A stretch of DNA of 64,000 bases from Oscillospiraceae bacterium (GTDB lineage Bacteria > Bacillota > Clostridia > Oscillospirales > SIG627), in the NCBI GenBank assembly GCA_015065265.1, contig SVQQ01000001.1:137146-201145 (forward strand). The letters run 5' to 3'. A program made the position numbers and the translations under genes. Below, one piece after another: positions 63,493 to 64,000 of the stretch. Numbering within the stretch: the stretch's first letter is position 1; each line of letters starts with the position of its first letter. The notes beneath the pieces were generated by a model that was not told the DNA's origin, made no database searches, and worked only from the letters and a program-made list of their open reading frames with translations.

Positions 63493-64000
63493 ATGAAGAA
63501 GCTCTTACAGGTATTTTTGATTCTGACTCTTTTAACAGTGACTCTTGCTCTCACGGCAACTGCCGCCACCTACGGCGACCTGACCTACAAGGTTTCAAAC
63601 GACGAGGTCACCATTACCGACTGTAATACGTCGGTAACCTCTGTCACTATCCCGTCAACCATCGACGGCTATCCCGTCACAAGCATAGGCTCATATGCAT
63701 TCTCTATTTGCACAAGCCTCACCTCAATCACCATCCCCTCGAGTGTCGCAAGCATAGATGATATGGCATTCGGTGGTTGCACAAGCCTCACCTCAATCAC
63801 TATCCCTTCGAGTGTTACGAGCATAGGCTCAGAGGCATTCTATAATTGCTCAAACCTCACCGCTGTTACTTTTGAAGAAGGAAGCAAGTGCACGAGCATA
63901 GGTGATAGGGCATTCAGAGGTTGCACAAGCCTTACCTCAATCACTATCCCCTCGAGTGTTACGAGCATAGGCTCAGAAGCATTCTATTGGTGCGATAGCC
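63493..64000 (+). CDS. secreted leucine-rich-repeat (BspA/LRR_5-type) surface protein, 3' end beyond the window
   Basis: ATG 63493 with signal peptide (LLQVFLILTLLTVTLALTAATA). Repeated units of the form C-T-S-L-T-S-I-T-I-P-S-S-V-x-S-I-G-x-x-A-F. The ORF is open to the window end, so it is absent from the stop-to-stop track. Confidence 0.8.
   Translation, partial: MKKLLQVFLILTLLTVTLALTATAATYGDLTYKVSNDEVTITDCNTSVTSVTIPSTIDGYPVTSIGSYAFSICTSLTSITIPSSVASIDDMAFGGCTSLTSITIPSSVTSIGSEAFYNCSNLTAVTFEEGSKCTSIGDRAFRGCTSLTSITIPSSVTSIGSEAFYWCDS

Noticed and set aside
1-64000. CRISPR arrays, tRNA, rRNA genes, IS elements with terminal inverted repeats
   Set aside because: Scanning the intergenic regions showed no regularly spaced repeat-spacer arrays, no cloverleaf-compatible ~75-nt segments and no transposase ORFs. 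The only recombinases are the two tyrosine recombinases described. I have not verified this with tRNAscan, Infernal or ISfinder.

Overview
The window looks like chromosome from a low-GC, Gram-positive strict anaerobe. My guess is Clostridia, Oscillospiraceae/Ruminococcus-like, based on PFOR, an NfnAB-type oxidoreductase, formate-THF ligase, reverse rubrerythrin, and SLH and cohesin/dockerin modules; this is inference, not verified. Positions 1-16.0 kb and 46.7-64 kb are ordinary backbone. The left part holds purL, an ECF sigma/anti-sigma pair, dus, nifS-thiI-pth, a tandem paralog pair, an SLH wall protein, an AbrB-like gene and Rrf2-rubrerythrin. The right part holds nfnAB-like genes, mntP, a ferritin-like gene, a cation/H+ antiporter, GNAT, fhs, malQ, htrA, NERD, PFOR, a lipoprotein, an XRE regulator and an LRR protein. 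Between them sits a ~30.6-kb integrated island (about 16019-46652) inserted in the 3' end of the rubrerythrin gene. A 17-bp core is duplicated at both junctions, and the displaced original gene tail plus terminator survive at the right junction. A tyrosine integrase lies at the left end and a sigma-like/Xis pair near the right end. I see no conjugation or virion genes. The island carries three cargo modules. (i) A XerD-like recombinase sits next to 21-bp inverted repeats that flank a 221-bp promoter-bearing segment, a candidate invertible phase switch. This lies directly upstream of an operon for a small membrane protein and three giant secreted proteins with CHAP hydrolase domains, homologous cohesin-like modules, dockerins and an SLH anchor. 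(ii) A two-gene candidate immunity system pairs a stand-alone Hen1-type RNA 2'-O-methyltransferase, translationally coupled, with an MTAN/PNP-nucleosidase fused to a NACHT-like NTPase. (iii) A tightly coupled four-gene operon encodes a PRTase-like protein, an ORC/Cdc6-like P-loop ATPase, an unknown alpha/beta (possibly CARF-like) protein, and an N6-adenine DNA methyltransferase with a fused TRD but no recognisable nuclease. The island also contains a 1.4-kb non-coding stretch with a dyad array of TTGCAGGAAT motifs, paired palindromes, and a promoter-to-terminator unit that may be an sRNA or attenuator. I saw no rRNA, tRNA or CRISPR array. All domain calls come from reading motifs in the supplied translations; no database search was possible.
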